Assembly: GCA_964016885.1 (NCBI GenBank)
Contig: OZ024741.1
Span: forward strand, 322,834,001 to 322,898,000
DNA length: 64,000 nucleotides
Direction: 5' to 3'
Origin: Eledone cirrhosa
Lineage: Eukaryota
The position numbers and the translations under genes were made by a program. Positions 39,040-51,920 of the stretch are shown here, piece after piece; positions within the stretch are counted from its first letter, which is position 1, and every line of letters starts with the position of its first letter. The notes under the pieces were generated by a model. The model was not told where the DNA came from. It searched no databases and saw nothing but the letters and a program-made list of their open reading frames with translations.

Positions 39040-39078
39040 AATATGGTTTTATAAATATAGTTTCCATTTGTTAATATC

Positions 39079-39146
<68 letters not shown>

Positions 39147-39599
39147 AGAAACCATTATTTTAAAGAGGAACCGGTTTATTTGTTTCTGGCAATGTTAAGT
39201 TTTGCACATACCAATGTTTGTACATTTTATGCATCGAATGCAAAGTACACATTCTCTTTTTAACCTCCGTTGAATAGTAATAATATATATTTTTATATAT
39301 ATTATTTGAGATTTTCTTATGCTGTATTGGTGGTAGTGGTGGTGGTGGGAAATGAATTGATCTGGTGCTGATATTATGTCTTTCCTTAACTTATCACATG
39401 TGGGATCTTATCGCTGGCCAATGTGAACACTTGTAATACATTAATCATGTGAGGTGAAGATCAATAAATTTTATGAGTAAATCAGTGTATATACTTCCTT
39501 CTTTTCTTTTTATTCAGTTTGATTCAATATCATTTAATTGATTTAGATTGATACTTATCAGAGCAGTCACGTAGTGTTTTTTCTTACTAAAGGTTTCCG

Positions 39600-39848
39600 T
39601 TCTTCTTCTTTTTCTTTTTTCTTTTTCTTCTTTTTCTTTTTCTTCTTTTTCTTCTTTTTTTCTTCTTTTTCTTCGATTTCTTTTTCTTTTTTTCTTCTTT
39701 TTTTCTTCTTTTTTTCTTCTTTTTTTCTTCTTTTTTTCTTCTTTTTTTCTTCTTTTTTTCTTCTTTTTTTCTTTTTTTCTTTTTTTCTTCTTTTTTTCTT
39801 TTTTTCTTCTTTTTTTCTTCTTTTTTTTTCTTTTTCTTTTTGTTGTCG

Positions 39849-39884
<36 letters not shown>

Positions 39885-39930
39885 TTCTTTTTCTTTTTCT
39901 TTTTCTTTTTCTTTTTCTTTTTCTTCTTCA
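39600..39930. repeat. T/C-rich low complexity plus (GTT)n
   Basis: Direct reading. Confidence 0.95.
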
Positions 39931-40005
39931 GTAATACGTACAAATACAAACATGTATGTATGTGTAATGCGTGTGAAAGCATTAATGAAATATATATATA
40001 TTTCA

Positions 40006-40092
40006 TACAAGGGTCGACTGAAACCTTCATAAACTGGCCAAGATACTCTCGTGGAATGACCAAATGAGGTTTATTTTGCAACATAGTCCCCA
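40006..40092 (+). mobile_element. Mariner-like terminal fragment
   Basis: TACAAGGGTCGACTGAAACCTTCATA resembles a TA-CGAGGG-type mariner TIR; no partner TIR seen. Confidence 0.4.
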
Positions 40093-40226
40093 GAAAGAAA
40101 CAATGCAGTTATTATCAAGAAGAGTTGAAATTAATGCGTGCAAGATTCCACAGCTCTAGCATCAATCCTTCATTTTCAGCCTTTATATATATATATATAT
40201 ATATAGTATTAAATTAAAAGTCGACT

Positions 40227-40279
<53 letters not shown>

Positions 40280-40797
40280 AACACATCAACAATTACAGGA
40301 GATAATTTGTAAAGAGTGTTAACACACATAGTTACGGAGGTAACATATTCAAAATTAACAAGAACCTTGAATATAGATACCTAGCAATAATGAATAATCT
40401 CCTTTGTATATACTCCATTGAAGAAATATATTTCACCATTAATCGGTGAATTATATATGTCAAATCTTGGATCATCGGCAAAGGAGGAGATTTAACTATC
40501 TATGATTACACGTGAAAAGCAAATGAGGGAATAACGACGAAAAGCACATGTGGCTTTAAAAAAACACATCGTCCTGTCGGCATCAAGCCAGTGTCGTGAA
40601 TAGGGTTATCGACAGCTCGAAATAACAGCCGAGTCCTTTCAATATAAAAAGCTCTAACAGAATACTTATGAGCTGTAAATACTAGAAATCGCACGAACCC
40701 CATTCCAAATGACTTTGTCACGAGGAACAACATGTGTGTGTGTATGTATATATATACAAAGAGGGTGTGGTAAGATACCAGGTGGACCATAACGCAT

Positions 40798-40870
40798 AAC
40801 GCGTGTTGGTGTAATGGCAACACATTGGTCCGATAAACCAAAGATGCGGGTACGTGTCCCATTTGCGTCA
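40798..40870 (+). tRNA. tRNA-like pseudogene or SINE head (anticodon GAT)
   Basis: D arm GTGT aatggca ACAC; anticodon arm TTGGT ccgataa ACCAA; T arm and acceptor stem degenerate. Confidence 0.45.
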
Positions 40871-41149
40871 ATGCTTATCTTTTTTCCATTCATGCGTTTT
40901 TCTAACATACTAATTCTATCTAGTCAAATACGGCGTAAGCACATGTTACTATATATATATATTATGAAAAGATTCAGGACCCGAGGGCTGAGCTCCGGCC
41001 ATTTCGACAGCTAGATCCGATCTAGCTGTCGAAAAGGGAGGTACTCAGCCGTCGGGGTCCTGAGTCTTTCTATATTACCCACTCAACTACCCCAAGTATC
41101 GAGTACTCTAGTGTGTTATGGTCCATCTGGTATCTTACCACACCCTCTT

Positions 41150-41212
<63 letters not shown>

Positions 41213-41879
41213 GTTCCTCATGACAAAGTTATTTGGAATGGGGTTTGTGCGATTTCTAGGTGTTGATTAGCTGTGCTTTTTCAAAATATATGTTATCGGA
41301 AACTTTATAATTTTTAAATTAATTCCTTTTTAAAGGTTCAATTGAATTCATATCTTCTCACATGGGAGAGAAGTCTGTTTTCTACTTTGAAACACTTTAA
41401 CTTACATGGAGTTACTACGTTGCAAAGACCTAAGTAATTTCTAGTTATGTAAATTAGAACGTCCGAGCACTAGTTATTTTATACTGGTGGGCTCATATTC
41501 TGTGTCCATACATATTTCTTATGTATTTCTACATGTTCAATCTAATGTGATTCCGAATTTCTATGTCACATGTGGTTTTCTCGCTCCAGTATAGATGCTT
41601 ATCAATAACAACCGTTTCTGATTTAGTCACAGAGCCAACAATTTTGTGGGAGGAAAGATTCGATTATATACCCACCCACCCACCCCACCCCATCCCCAGT
41701 GTATTACTGGTACTTTACTGACCAGACATGGTAGAATGCATGAAGACACACGCCAGTCGGCATTACCGGGAGACAGACAATTAAAGTGTCACATCTGTGA
41801 ACGTGTCTGCAAATCAAAAGCGTGCACATGATCATGCAATGTTCAATGAAGGAATGGCACTCTTTTGACAAGTAGTAAT

Positions 41880-41957
<78 letters not shown>

Positions 41958-42355
41958 ATGCATTAGAATAACTGATAACTAAATTTTATTTATTAGGAAT
42001 TTAATTCGTATTAATATCTATATGCTTTGCTCTAGCTAAGTGTTAAACTTGGCATATTCTCATATGCTGAATTTACTTTCTTACCCCCATTAGAGATAGT
42101 TGTAAAGATTGTCTCTCCTCACGCCAGACCGGCTTGGCCCCCACAGGTTGGAATGTCATCTTACTCCCTCCTCTTTGGTCTACAGGCCAGTGCAGCCACC
42201 ACCCCCTGCCGCTATGAAGGAATTTAACCATGTACGTGACATCCCAAAATCATTGACCACACTCCGTGAAAGACAAGAAAAAAAAATGTTAGGATTGTTT
42301 GATTTGATACTTCTGCTTTTTTTGTGTTTTGACTGCATGCCCATATATGGACTGT

Positions 42356-42450
42356 ACCCCTTGATGAGTTCAGCTAGGTCCCTGCCGTCCTAATACTGCC
42401 GGATTAGTTCGGATCTAGCTGTCGAAACGGCCGGATCTCAGCTGTCGGGT
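42356..42450 (+). ncRNA. Hammerhead, U3 variant with long stem II and 4-bp stem III (family K)
   Basis: ACCCC-TTGATGA-GTTCAGCTAGGTCC..GGATCTAGCTGTC-GAAA-CGGC cggatctca GCTG-TC-GGGT; GUC triplet. Confidence 0.75.
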
Positions 42451-42697
42451 TCCTGACTCTTTTCCTATATACACCAATATATATATATCCATATATACGT
42501 ATATGTATGTATGATACCATAACTCTTGATAGAGTTGTAGTGCCACCGTATTGACATGCAGCGTTTCTTGGGCATTTTAATCCTGCCGGAGCCCACCCCA
42601 CTCCAGGCCTGTGTACAGCAGATTTCTTCCAGAGAAAGATAGAAAGTGAGAGAGAGGAAATGAGAAAAAGATATAGAGGAAGAATCCACCCAAGAAC

Positions 42698-42840
42698 TAG
42701 ACTGGTACTTTTTTATCGACCTCGGAAGGATGAAAGGCAAAGTTGACCTCGGCAGGAATTGAACTCCGAGAGCAGAGAACCGGAACGAATACCTTAAAGC
42801 ATTCTATCCGACGTTCTAACGACTCTGCCAATTCACCGCC
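42698..42840 (-). mobile_element. Meta-type SINE (older subfamily)
   Basis: Homology. Confidence 0.75.
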
Positions 42841-43109
42841 TATATGCACACACACACACACATCTATCTATCTATCTCTCTCTATCTATCTATCTATATA
42901 TATATATATATATATAGTGGTAGAACACTGGAAGGTAATATCCGTAGTGGTAGAGCACTCAGTCCATGGGACGAGTTAGGTAGAAGTGGTTACACAACAG
43001 TTAGTTCACCATACCGAGAACAATTGTTTCACCTTAGCGGATCCTCATCTCAGGATCTGCTAAGGTGAAACAATTGTTCTCAGTATGGTGAACTAACTGT
43101 TGTGTAACC

Positions 43110-43199
<90 letters not shown>

Positions 43200-43691
43200 C
43201 AGATAGGGTGTGGTAAAATACCAGGTGGACCATAACCCACCAGAGCACTCGATACTTGGGGTAGTAGTGTGGGTAATATGAAAAGATTCAGGACCCCGAC
43301 TGCTGAGCTCCAACCGTTTCAACAGCTAGATCCGAACTCGGATCTAGCTGTCGAAACGGCCGGAGCTCAACCGTCGGGATTCTGGCTCTTTCCCTATATA
43401 TACATATACATAAGGGCTTACGCTTTAGCTAGTTAGAGATTGTATTAGTACATAAATCTAGTCAAAATCATGACATTTCAGGGCAACACTGAATTAATCT
43501 AAACGTTAAAATAGGTAAACCATCTGCAGGTGATTAACTCGATGCCAAGTTATCTATGATTTTCATAGGACACGAGGGGATACTAAAATATTTAGTTTAT
43601 CCAGTAAATAGACGTTCATATTTGTTATTCGACACCTAATCTCACTGTGAGACAAATTGGTGTAATTGGTAAAAGGGCTTATATATATATA

Positions 43692-43790
43692 CAGGGTGTC
43701 CCCAAAAATGTATACACACCTTGATTACCTGTATATGCAATATTTATTAAAATGCTGTTGAAGTGTTTATACATTTTTGGGGGCGCCCTG
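43692..43790. mobile_element. Tc1/mariner-type MITE
   Basis: TIRs CAGGGTGTCCCCAAAAATGTATA / TATACATTTTTGGGGGCGCCCTG, with TA flanks. Confidence 0.8.
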
Positions 43791-43839
43791 TATATATATA
43801 TACATATAAATGTGTGCGTGCGTGTGTGTGTGTGTCTAC

Positions 43840-43874
<35 letters not shown>

Positions 43875-43905
43875 AAAGAATAGAGGTGTAACACACAAGT
43901 TATTA

Positions 43906-44281
43906 TATATTGGTAAACGGAATAGAAAATGCTGACAAATTGTTCACAGTTGAAAAATGGTTTAATTAGGAATAAAAGAGTATTAGTGATTGTATGGGTT
44001 AGTATTCAGTTGTGGTTTTAAGTTTTTAAGTTTTTACCGGTTGCGCATTTCTAAATGCTTTTCAAAAATAATTTTGAGATAGAGTGTCCGTGCTGTTAAC
44101 AGCACGGACACTCTATCTCAAAATTAATTTTGAAAAGCATTTAGAAATGCGCAACCGGTAAAAACTTAAAAACTTAAAACCACAACTGAATACTAACCCA
44201 TACAATCACTAATACTCTTTTATTCCTAATTAAACCATTTTTCAACTGTGAACAATTTGTCAGCATTTTCTATTCCGTTTA

Positions 44282-44289
<8 letters not shown>
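43906..44289. repeat. Spacer-less palindrome with ~190-bp arms
   Basis: Centre GTT|AAC at 44097/44098; one mismatch seen between arms. Confidence 0.95.
44128..44162 (+). ncRNA. Hammerhead-like motif, U3-A8 core with GCAA in place of GAAA (family L)
   Basis: TT-TTGAAAA-GCATT taga AATGC-GCAA-CCGG-TA-AA; mirrored at ~44033-44067. Confidence 0.45.
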
Positions 44290-44349
<60 letters not shown>

Positions 44350-44632
44350 GTGGAACCTGGGTCAACGAACGCTCTTGAGTACGATTAAATCGAGTTACGG
44401 CTAAAATTTCATCAAACTTTTGCCTCTGTTCACGAACCCCGCCTTAAATTAAACTGGTGTTCACCACTACTGCAACTCTATCTCCTCCTTCTCTCTCTCC
44501 CTCTCTCTGTCTGTATATATATATATATATATATATAATCTTCTCTACCCCTCTTCGTCTGTCTATCTAGCTCTATTTCTCACTCTCTATCAATCTATCT
44601 ATCTTCTTTCTCTTTATCTCTCAGCTCTTAAT

Positions 44633-44818
44633 AATTGTTTCTACTTTTGGCACAAGGCCACCAATTATCTTTGTGTATTACTGGTACTTCATTTTATCGA
44701 CTCCGTAAGGATGAAAGGCAAAGTTAACCTCAGTGGGATTTGAATTCAGACCGTAAAGGAGCGTAACTCTATGCTGCAAAGTATGGCGGCCAACCTTCTA
44801 TCGACACTGCCAATCCAC
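44633..44818 (-). mobile_element. Meta-type SINE
   Basis: Homology. Confidence 0.85.
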
Positions 44819-45009
44819 TGCCCTACCTATCACTTCCTTTCAATCCGATTTCTCTTTCTTTGGCGATTAACCACCAGCCTGCTCTTGCCTATGGATACCA
44901 GTTCTATTAATTTAATTCATTCTTCCATTTCGGTTACCTATCTACATTTGTGTTGCTTTCGATTGTAGCAATTTCCGTCCTATATCAATATGTAGATGTT
45001 TCTACTTGT

Positions 45010-45620
45010 GTTTTTTAAAGTGTAAGTGTATGAGGCAGTCGTTCTCACCACTTTGCTTTATGGATCAGAATCCTGGACACCATAGCGGTCACACATAAAC
45101 CAGCTGCATGTGTTCCACAAGGGATATGTGAGATCCATCTGTGGTCATGTACGAGAAGATAAAATCTCCAACGCCGACATCCTAACCAAATGTTATATTG
45201 AGGGAATTGAAACTTTCCTTATGCAATCTCAGCTTTGTTGGGCTGGCCATGTCATCCGCATGAGTGACGAACGAATTCCAAAAGTTCTCATGTATGGTCA
45301 GCTTAGCAGCGGCAACAGGAAAGGTGGTAGACCATGGCTACGATATAAGGATAAGTTGAAATCAAATCTCATTGCTCTTGCAATCCCTTTCCGTGATTGC
45401 GAACAAATTGCTGCTGACAGAAAGGACTGGAGAGAAAGGTGCCGTAGTGCGATCAAGAGCTTTGAATCCAGTCGTATGGAGAAATTGCGTGTTGACTGAA
45501 CAGGGGCGAAGCAACGGGCCTTGATACATGTAAGACTCTCCATAAATTCTTGCGCTTACGACCTATGTGGCTTTGTCTGTGGGTCACTGGCGGGATTGAA
45601 AGGTCACACGAGACACAACC
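45010..45620 (+). pseudogene. RTE/BovB-like LINE C-terminal remnant
   Basis: VYEAVVLTTLLYGSESW, QLCWAGHVIRMSDERIPKVLMYGQL, GGRPWLRYKD. Confidence 0.85.
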
Positions 45621-45684
45621 ATCCAGAGAGCTGAACTTTTGTTGGACACTCATACGTCGGATATGTATTTTATTTTTCATTCTT

Positions 45685-45720
45685 TCTTCTAATGAAGGAC
45701 TAGCATCCGAAACGCTAAGA
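45685..45720 (+). ncRNA. Decayed minimal hammerhead
   Basis: TCTT-CTAATGA-AGGA ctagca TCC-GAAA-CG-CT-AAGA; two core substitutions. Confidence 0.45.
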
Positions 45721-45825
45721 TCCTCTTCCTGCTATATCAAGCGTTAACCTAATATATACCTTCCATATACTGTACCAATTGTGTTGTTATTTCTGTTTTC
45801 CTTTTACATACATATATATATATAT

Positions 45826-46391
45826 AAGTATGTATGTATGTATACGTACATACATATATGTATACAGACGTACAGTAGTATGTATATATATACATACATG
45901 CACATATATATATATATGCACGTATCGGTTTACCGAACATTTATTATAATGCTCGGTTTGTTTGTAAACAAACAAACAGCCCGAATTACGCCGTACAGTG
46001 TTTAGGCAACCACGTCACCTTTTTGTTCAACACTGACACAGGAACGATGTACTAGTTTCAAGCTTATTAGCTATCGTCAGCATCGTATACCTTCCTGCCA
46101 GATGGTTGAACGTCTGAAAGTATATACTTTCCTTATGCATATTAACGGCTGAGCAGCCTAATTTGCATATCGAGTGAGTTCAGTCGGCCGGGCACACCGA
46201 AAACGATAAATGGAATAGAATGAAACGAAATATCATTTCTCACTCTTAGTACGGCACTTACTTAAATGTAAGTATTATGTATGTATACGTACATACATGT
46301 ATGTATACAGACGTACAGTAGTATGTATATATATATATACATACATGCACACATATATATATGCACGTATCGGTTTACCGAACATTTATTA
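45826..46391 (-). mobile_element. Terminally redundant 443-nt HHR unit (family B)
   Basis: GACGTACAGTAG occurs at 45867 and 46310; homologous to 1021-2030. Confidence 0.8.
46044..46086 (-). ncRNA. Type I hammerhead, canonical (family B)
   Basis: ACGATG-CTGACGA-TAGCT aata AGCTT-GAAA-CTAG-TA-CATCGT; perfect 6-bp stem I. Confidence 0.9.
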
Positions 46392-46551
46392 TAGTACTCT
46401 TTATCTTACTTAGAGTGTACATATTGTATATCAGGCTTTCTGTCGTACGGATTCAACTGAAATGGCCTCGGTTGCTGAAACTTATAGTTTCAGCCAGTTT
46501 CGATTCTGGTTGATTGAAATATGCGCCCCCCCCCCCACACACACACACACT

Positions 46552-46595
<44 letters not shown>

Positions 46596-46776
46596 CAAAT
46601 ATATAAATGTGTACCTATATATATGTGTGTGCCACAGACACATACACACAGACACACACATATATATAACAATGTGTGTATGTGTGTGTGTATTTGTATA
46701 TAAGTATACACACGAATATATATATGTATATATTTGTATATATGTATATAAATGTATATATATGTATGTGCATGCT

Positions 46777-46825
<49 letters not shown>

Positions 46826-46984
46826 GTATGTGTATGCATATGTATGTATATATATGGAGAAAGTTATAGTTCACTTGAAGCATTGTGTAATGAGGTATAA
46901 ACGTTTGTATATGTATAATAAAGCCAAAACAATGCAGGTATGGACATAGAATAAAGAATGTAAATGCAAAAGATATATTACTTC

Positions 46985-47019
46985 CCTCCGAAGAAGAGAT
47001 ATTATCTCGAAAATTAAGG
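46985..47019 (+). ncRNA. Minimal hammerhead, U4C variant (family N)
   Basis: CCT-CCGAAGA-A-GAGAT att ATCTC-GAAA-AT-TA-AGG, inside fold-back 46898-47134. Confidence 0.65.
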
Positions 47020-47951
47020 ACATTTAAATAAATCTAAGGTAAAAGACTATTGTCAACAATATCTTTTGCATTTACATTCTTTATTCTATGTCCATACCTG
47101 CATTGTTTTGGCTTTATTATACATATACAAACGTGTATATATATATATGTATATATATATGTATGAATGAAGTAATTCCGTCGGAAAGGTCCAGGAAAAA
47201 AGAGTGCTCTATGTAGGTTACAGAGCTTAATAGTTATGTAATAAATGAAATAAGTGCCTTATGTTGTTTATTACATAACTATATATATATATATATATAT
47301 GTATATATAAATGTATATATATATAATGTGTCTGTACCTATATATATGTATATATATATATATATAAATGTATATATATATAATGTGTCTGTACCTATAT
47401 ATATGTATATATATATATATGTATATATATATATAAATATATATATATATAAATATATATATATGTAAATATATATGTATATATATATATATATAAATTT
47501 ATATATGTATGTATATGTAGATATATACATATATGTATATATGTGTGTATGTATACATATATATGTGTGTGTGTGTATGTGTGTATGTGTTTGAGTGTAT
47601 TTGTATATAAGTATATGGATGAATATACATGAATATATATGTATATAAATGTATATACATATATGTATGTATATACATATATGTATGTATATATAAGTAT
47701 ATATGTATGTAGATATATGTATATATGTATGTAGATATATGTATATATGTATTTAGATATATGTATATATTTATTTAGATATATGTATATATATGTATAT
47801 ATATATATATATATGTGCGCGTACATATATGTATTTGTGTATATCTATATATGTATATATATTTATGTGTGTGTGTGTATATGTATATATATATATGTGT
47901 GTGTGTGTGTATATATGTGTGTGTGTGTATATATGTGTGTGTGTGTATATA

Positions 47952-48004
<53 letters not shown>

Positions 48005-48695
48005 ATGTGTGTGTGTGTGTATATATGTGTGTGTGTATATATAAGTATGTATATATATATATATGTGTGTACATCTATACAGATATATGTATATATATAC
48101 ATATATACATATACATGTGTATATATGTATATATGTTTGTGTTTATATATATGTATATATGTATGTGTGTCTGTGTGTGTATGTGTGCGAACATATAAGC
48201 GTCTGTGTGTGTGTGTAATTTTAATTTCCTGTACGCAGTTATAAAAAAAAGACAACCATATGTTTTTCTCTATGTCTATTGAAACTAAATAAACTAATGT
48301 AGAAGAAATTCAAGTAACTTTGAATTCTCGAAACATCGGCAAGCTAGATACCGGAAGTGAACGCCGCTTCCATCTTTACAGACAAACACAGACGCCATGA
48401 CGATTTAGAGCTATTACTGCTCTTTACTGATCAGTCGAGCAAGATAAACATTGCGTTATAATTACACACATATTTGTTTGTAATATGATGAAAAAGAACT
48501 TCGTAAGATTACGGACAGTATATGATCTTCGCGACTTCGTTTCTACTCACTTTAAAGATATAAAAGAATAAATACCAGTTCTTTGAAACCCACCATTAAA
48601 CCATTCACGTAACCGGCCGTCTGTTCGACGCTATGTATGTATGTATGTATGTATGTATGTATGTATGTATGTATGTATGTATGTATGTATGTATG

Positions 48696-48723
<28 letters not shown>

Positions 48724-48726
<3 letters not shown>

Positions 48727-49320
48727 CATGTATGTATGTAACATGTATCCCAGTACAACCTGTCTCATGGTCGGGTCGTTGGCGACTAAACTGACAACCC
48801 CACCAAGGTTTCTTGGTGAGGAGGGTGACTTTGGACATCCTGCAGGACTAAAAACAAAACCTGTCAAATGGCAAAGGAGCTCTTAAGAGTCAATGGCCAT
48901 CCAAAATCACCGGGAGAGATGACCCCTTAGCCTTTGTCAAGGCAGAATTCTAGGAGAAGGAAAACTCTGATATAACACCTGCAACCCTGATGGTATCCAA
49001 TGATGTTGACTTGTTCTTCTTTTTGGTAAATATCATCTTGGTTAAGAGAGTGGGACTGGCTTTGTGCAGTGCCTTTGCTCACTATAAAAGCTTCACGGCA
49101 CAGGCATTGCTTTATATCTGGAGATCTCTCTGCACTTGTCGTCACATGGTACCATGGTCCCAGCACCATGTGTCAATAATTGTCACAGGTGTAGTGTTTG
49201 TACCAGAGTTTTCAAGTCGCTGGCTAGACTAAAAAGTCACACTCGTTCAGCGCATCGGTAGGGGTTCTCCTACATGGATATAAAGTAGTGGCCGTACTCG
49301 AAAACGAGTTGGCATCTACC
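48724..49320 (+). mobile_element. RTE-derived non-autonomous element flanked by (TATG)n
   Basis: CTAGGAGAAGGAAAACTCTGA RTE-leader motif; near-identical copies at 14888-15172 and 63645-64000. Confidence 0.75.
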
Positions 49321-49528
49321 ATCTACGTATGTACGTATGGGTGGATGGATGGATGCATTCATGCATGGATGTATTTATGTATATATAAGAACGTATTGTT
49401 TTACGTATATATGCATGTATGTGTGTATGTATGTGCGTGCATGTATGCGCATATATATGTGTGTGTGTGTGTGCAGATATGTATGTATGCATGACTTTAT
49501 GTATGTATGTTTGTTTGTTTGTCATCAT

Positions 49529-50700
49529 GTCAGGTCACTCTCGAACGGTACTGGTAACATGTAACTCTGTACAACCTGTTGCATGGTCACGTTGTCGCTG
49601 ACTAAATCGGCAATCTCACCAAGCTTTCTTTGTGAGAAGAGTCATCAAAGCCCGTCAAAGGGCGAAGGTACTCATAAAAGGTAAAGGAAGAAAATTCAAT
49701 TTACAACTTCCATTGAATCACATTACTAAAATCTGTTGGAAAGGTAATATCTCGGCTCATGCTGAATCGGAAAATATATGTCCACTGGTTCTTCCAGAAA
49801 CTCTGTCTAGTTTCATAGCAGGAAGGGGAACAGTGGATATGATCACGGCTAGACAGTTACAGGAAAATGCATTGAATAGTACACGCCTTTGTGTCAAGTT
49901 TTTATCGACTTGACTAAGACTTTTGATAGAGATGACAGATATGACTTATGGATCATTCTTAGGAAATGATGTTGTCCATAAATCTGAAATTTTGCGGATC
50001 TGAAATATTGCGGATCTTCAAACAACTACATCGAGACATGAAAACCAGGGTTGTATGTAACGGAAAGTTCTCGGACAAATTTCTGTGTACAGCAGTGTTA
50101 AGCAGGGGAACATTCCTGCTCCAATACTATTTACAATATACGTTGTCGTTCTTTTTGTTTATAGATTTCACGAAAATAATCGAGGCATAAACCTGCGTTT
50201 CCGAACATCTAGGAAAGTCTTTAATTTAAGGAAATTGAATAATAAATCTGTGACATTCAATGTGTTAATTCAAGAACTGATGATGCAAATGTTGTTGCAC
50301 ACTCAGAAGCAGACATGCAGTACATGATGAATACATTTTCTAAAGTATATACTATTTGGGAGCTGGCTATAACCTTAGCTAAGACTTAGGTGATGTACAT
50401 TCCAGCATCAAGAAAAACTTATACAACTAGGTTGGTTGTGGTAGATGCTTTTATGTATCTGGGTAGTACTCTGTCAAGGGACAGGAGTTTAGATGTAGAT
50501 AATATTCGAGTACATAAGGCAAGAGCTGTTTTGGGGAAAATTAGACAGAGGCATAACATTATGAACAAAATAAATGTGTATGAAGCACGTGTGCTTGCAG
50601 TTTTGTTGTATGGGTATGAAGCATGGATCACTCACCATTTCAAGTTGGTGGAATTAACAAGGACCTTCCAGTCCTACAACGTGTATTGTATAGAGGTGAT
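49529..50700 (+). pseudogene. Decayed RTE LINE: structured 5' leader plus RT remnant
   Basis: PETLSSFIAGRGTVDMITARQLQE, VKQGNIPAPILFTIY, FMYLGSTLS, VLLYGYEAW. Confidence 0.75.
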
Positions 50701-50759
50701 GTCCTCTTCATTCTTAAGAATTTTAATCAGCTAGAAAGCAAAAAAAACTTCTACATAGA

Positions 50760-51245
50760 TTCTTTAAAATGTTAGCCTTAGCATCACTGTTGACTTAAAC
50801 TATAGGGTTAACTTTCTAGATAGTACTTAAGAAATGGACATTGGTTTATACCGACTATATTACAAATCAGGGGAACATCTATGCTATGTACATAATTTAT
50901 CAAATCATCCAAAATCGGTTATTGACACTATTGTCAGTGGCGTATCTTCCAGAATCACTAAGTTGCCGGTAAGTGAGAATATTTTTCACAGCAGCACCTG
51001 GTATTATAATTGTTTCTACTTTTGGCACAAGGCCAGCAATAACCCAGTACATTACTGGTACTTTATTTTATCGACCCCGTAAGGATGAAAGGTAAAGTTA
51101 ACCTCGGCGGGATTTGAACTCAGAATGGAAAGGGCCGTAACTCTATGCGTCAAAGCATGACGTCCGACCCTCTACCGATACTGCCAATCCACCTATAATG
51201 AAGATTTAACCAGATCTGGTTAGAGTGAGGAAATATTTTATCCCT
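50760..51245 (+). pseudogene. Penelope-like element RT C-terminal/thumb remnant, split by a SINE
   Basis: LSITVDLNYRVNFLD..GLYRLYYK..YVHNLSNHPKSVIDTI..SRITKL..IF..YYN[SINE]EDLTRSG matches the PLE pattern VNFLDVT..YVH..SNHP..I..RIS..YN.AL..SGY. Confidence 0.75.
51007..51193 (-). mobile_element. Meta-type SINE with TSD TATAAT
   Basis: Homology; interrupts the PLE RT frame. Confidence 0.9.
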
Positions 51246-51733
51246 CCACCAAAAATTATTATATACCTTATAAGAATAAAAATGTGACTACTGGCAATTC
51301 TGTTAATAAAAATAAAAATAAGAATAAATATAATGAACATAGAAACCAAAAGAATATCTGTAAAAGTCAATCCGTAGTAAAGTAGCTACTTCTGAAAATG
51401 TACCAATTACAAAGAAAAAAATATATTTTATATGCACACACACATATATATGCATGACCATATAAAGGCTTGTGTCTGCGAGTATAATTATACACGTGTG
51501 TGTGGATATATGCATATACGTGTGTATGTATATGGGTATGTAGATACGTGTGTGTGTGTACACATGCCCAAGAGGACAGTTTTTCAAGTGGAACTTCACT
51601 GAATTATCACTGGGGTGAGATACTTTCCAATATCTGGCGAACCAAGCGTCAATAGCAGAAAATTGCTTCGGGAAATTCCGAATACATAAGAAGTTATACG
51701 CCAGTTTGACATGCGTTCTATGTAATACAATAT

Positions 51734-51920
51734 AATTGTTTCTACTTTTTGGCACAAGGCCAGCAATTATCCCAGTGTATTACTGGTACTTTATTTTATC
51801 GACCCCGTAAGGATGAAAGGCAAAGTTAACCTCGGCGGGATTTGAACTCAGTCCGTGAAGGGTAACTGTGCTGCAAAGCATGGCGTCCGACCCTCTACCG
51901 ATTCTGCCAATCCACCGCCC
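51734..51920 (-). mobile_element. Meta-type SINE with TSD
   Basis: TSD CTATGTAATACAATATAAT. Confidence 0.9.

Noticed and set aside
39567-40084. Lys/Glu-rich ORFs
   Set aside because: Low-complexity T/C tract and (GTT)n.
48295-48345. AGAAGA-hairpin-GAAA arrangement
   Set aside because: Core and stems I and III do not match a hammerhead.
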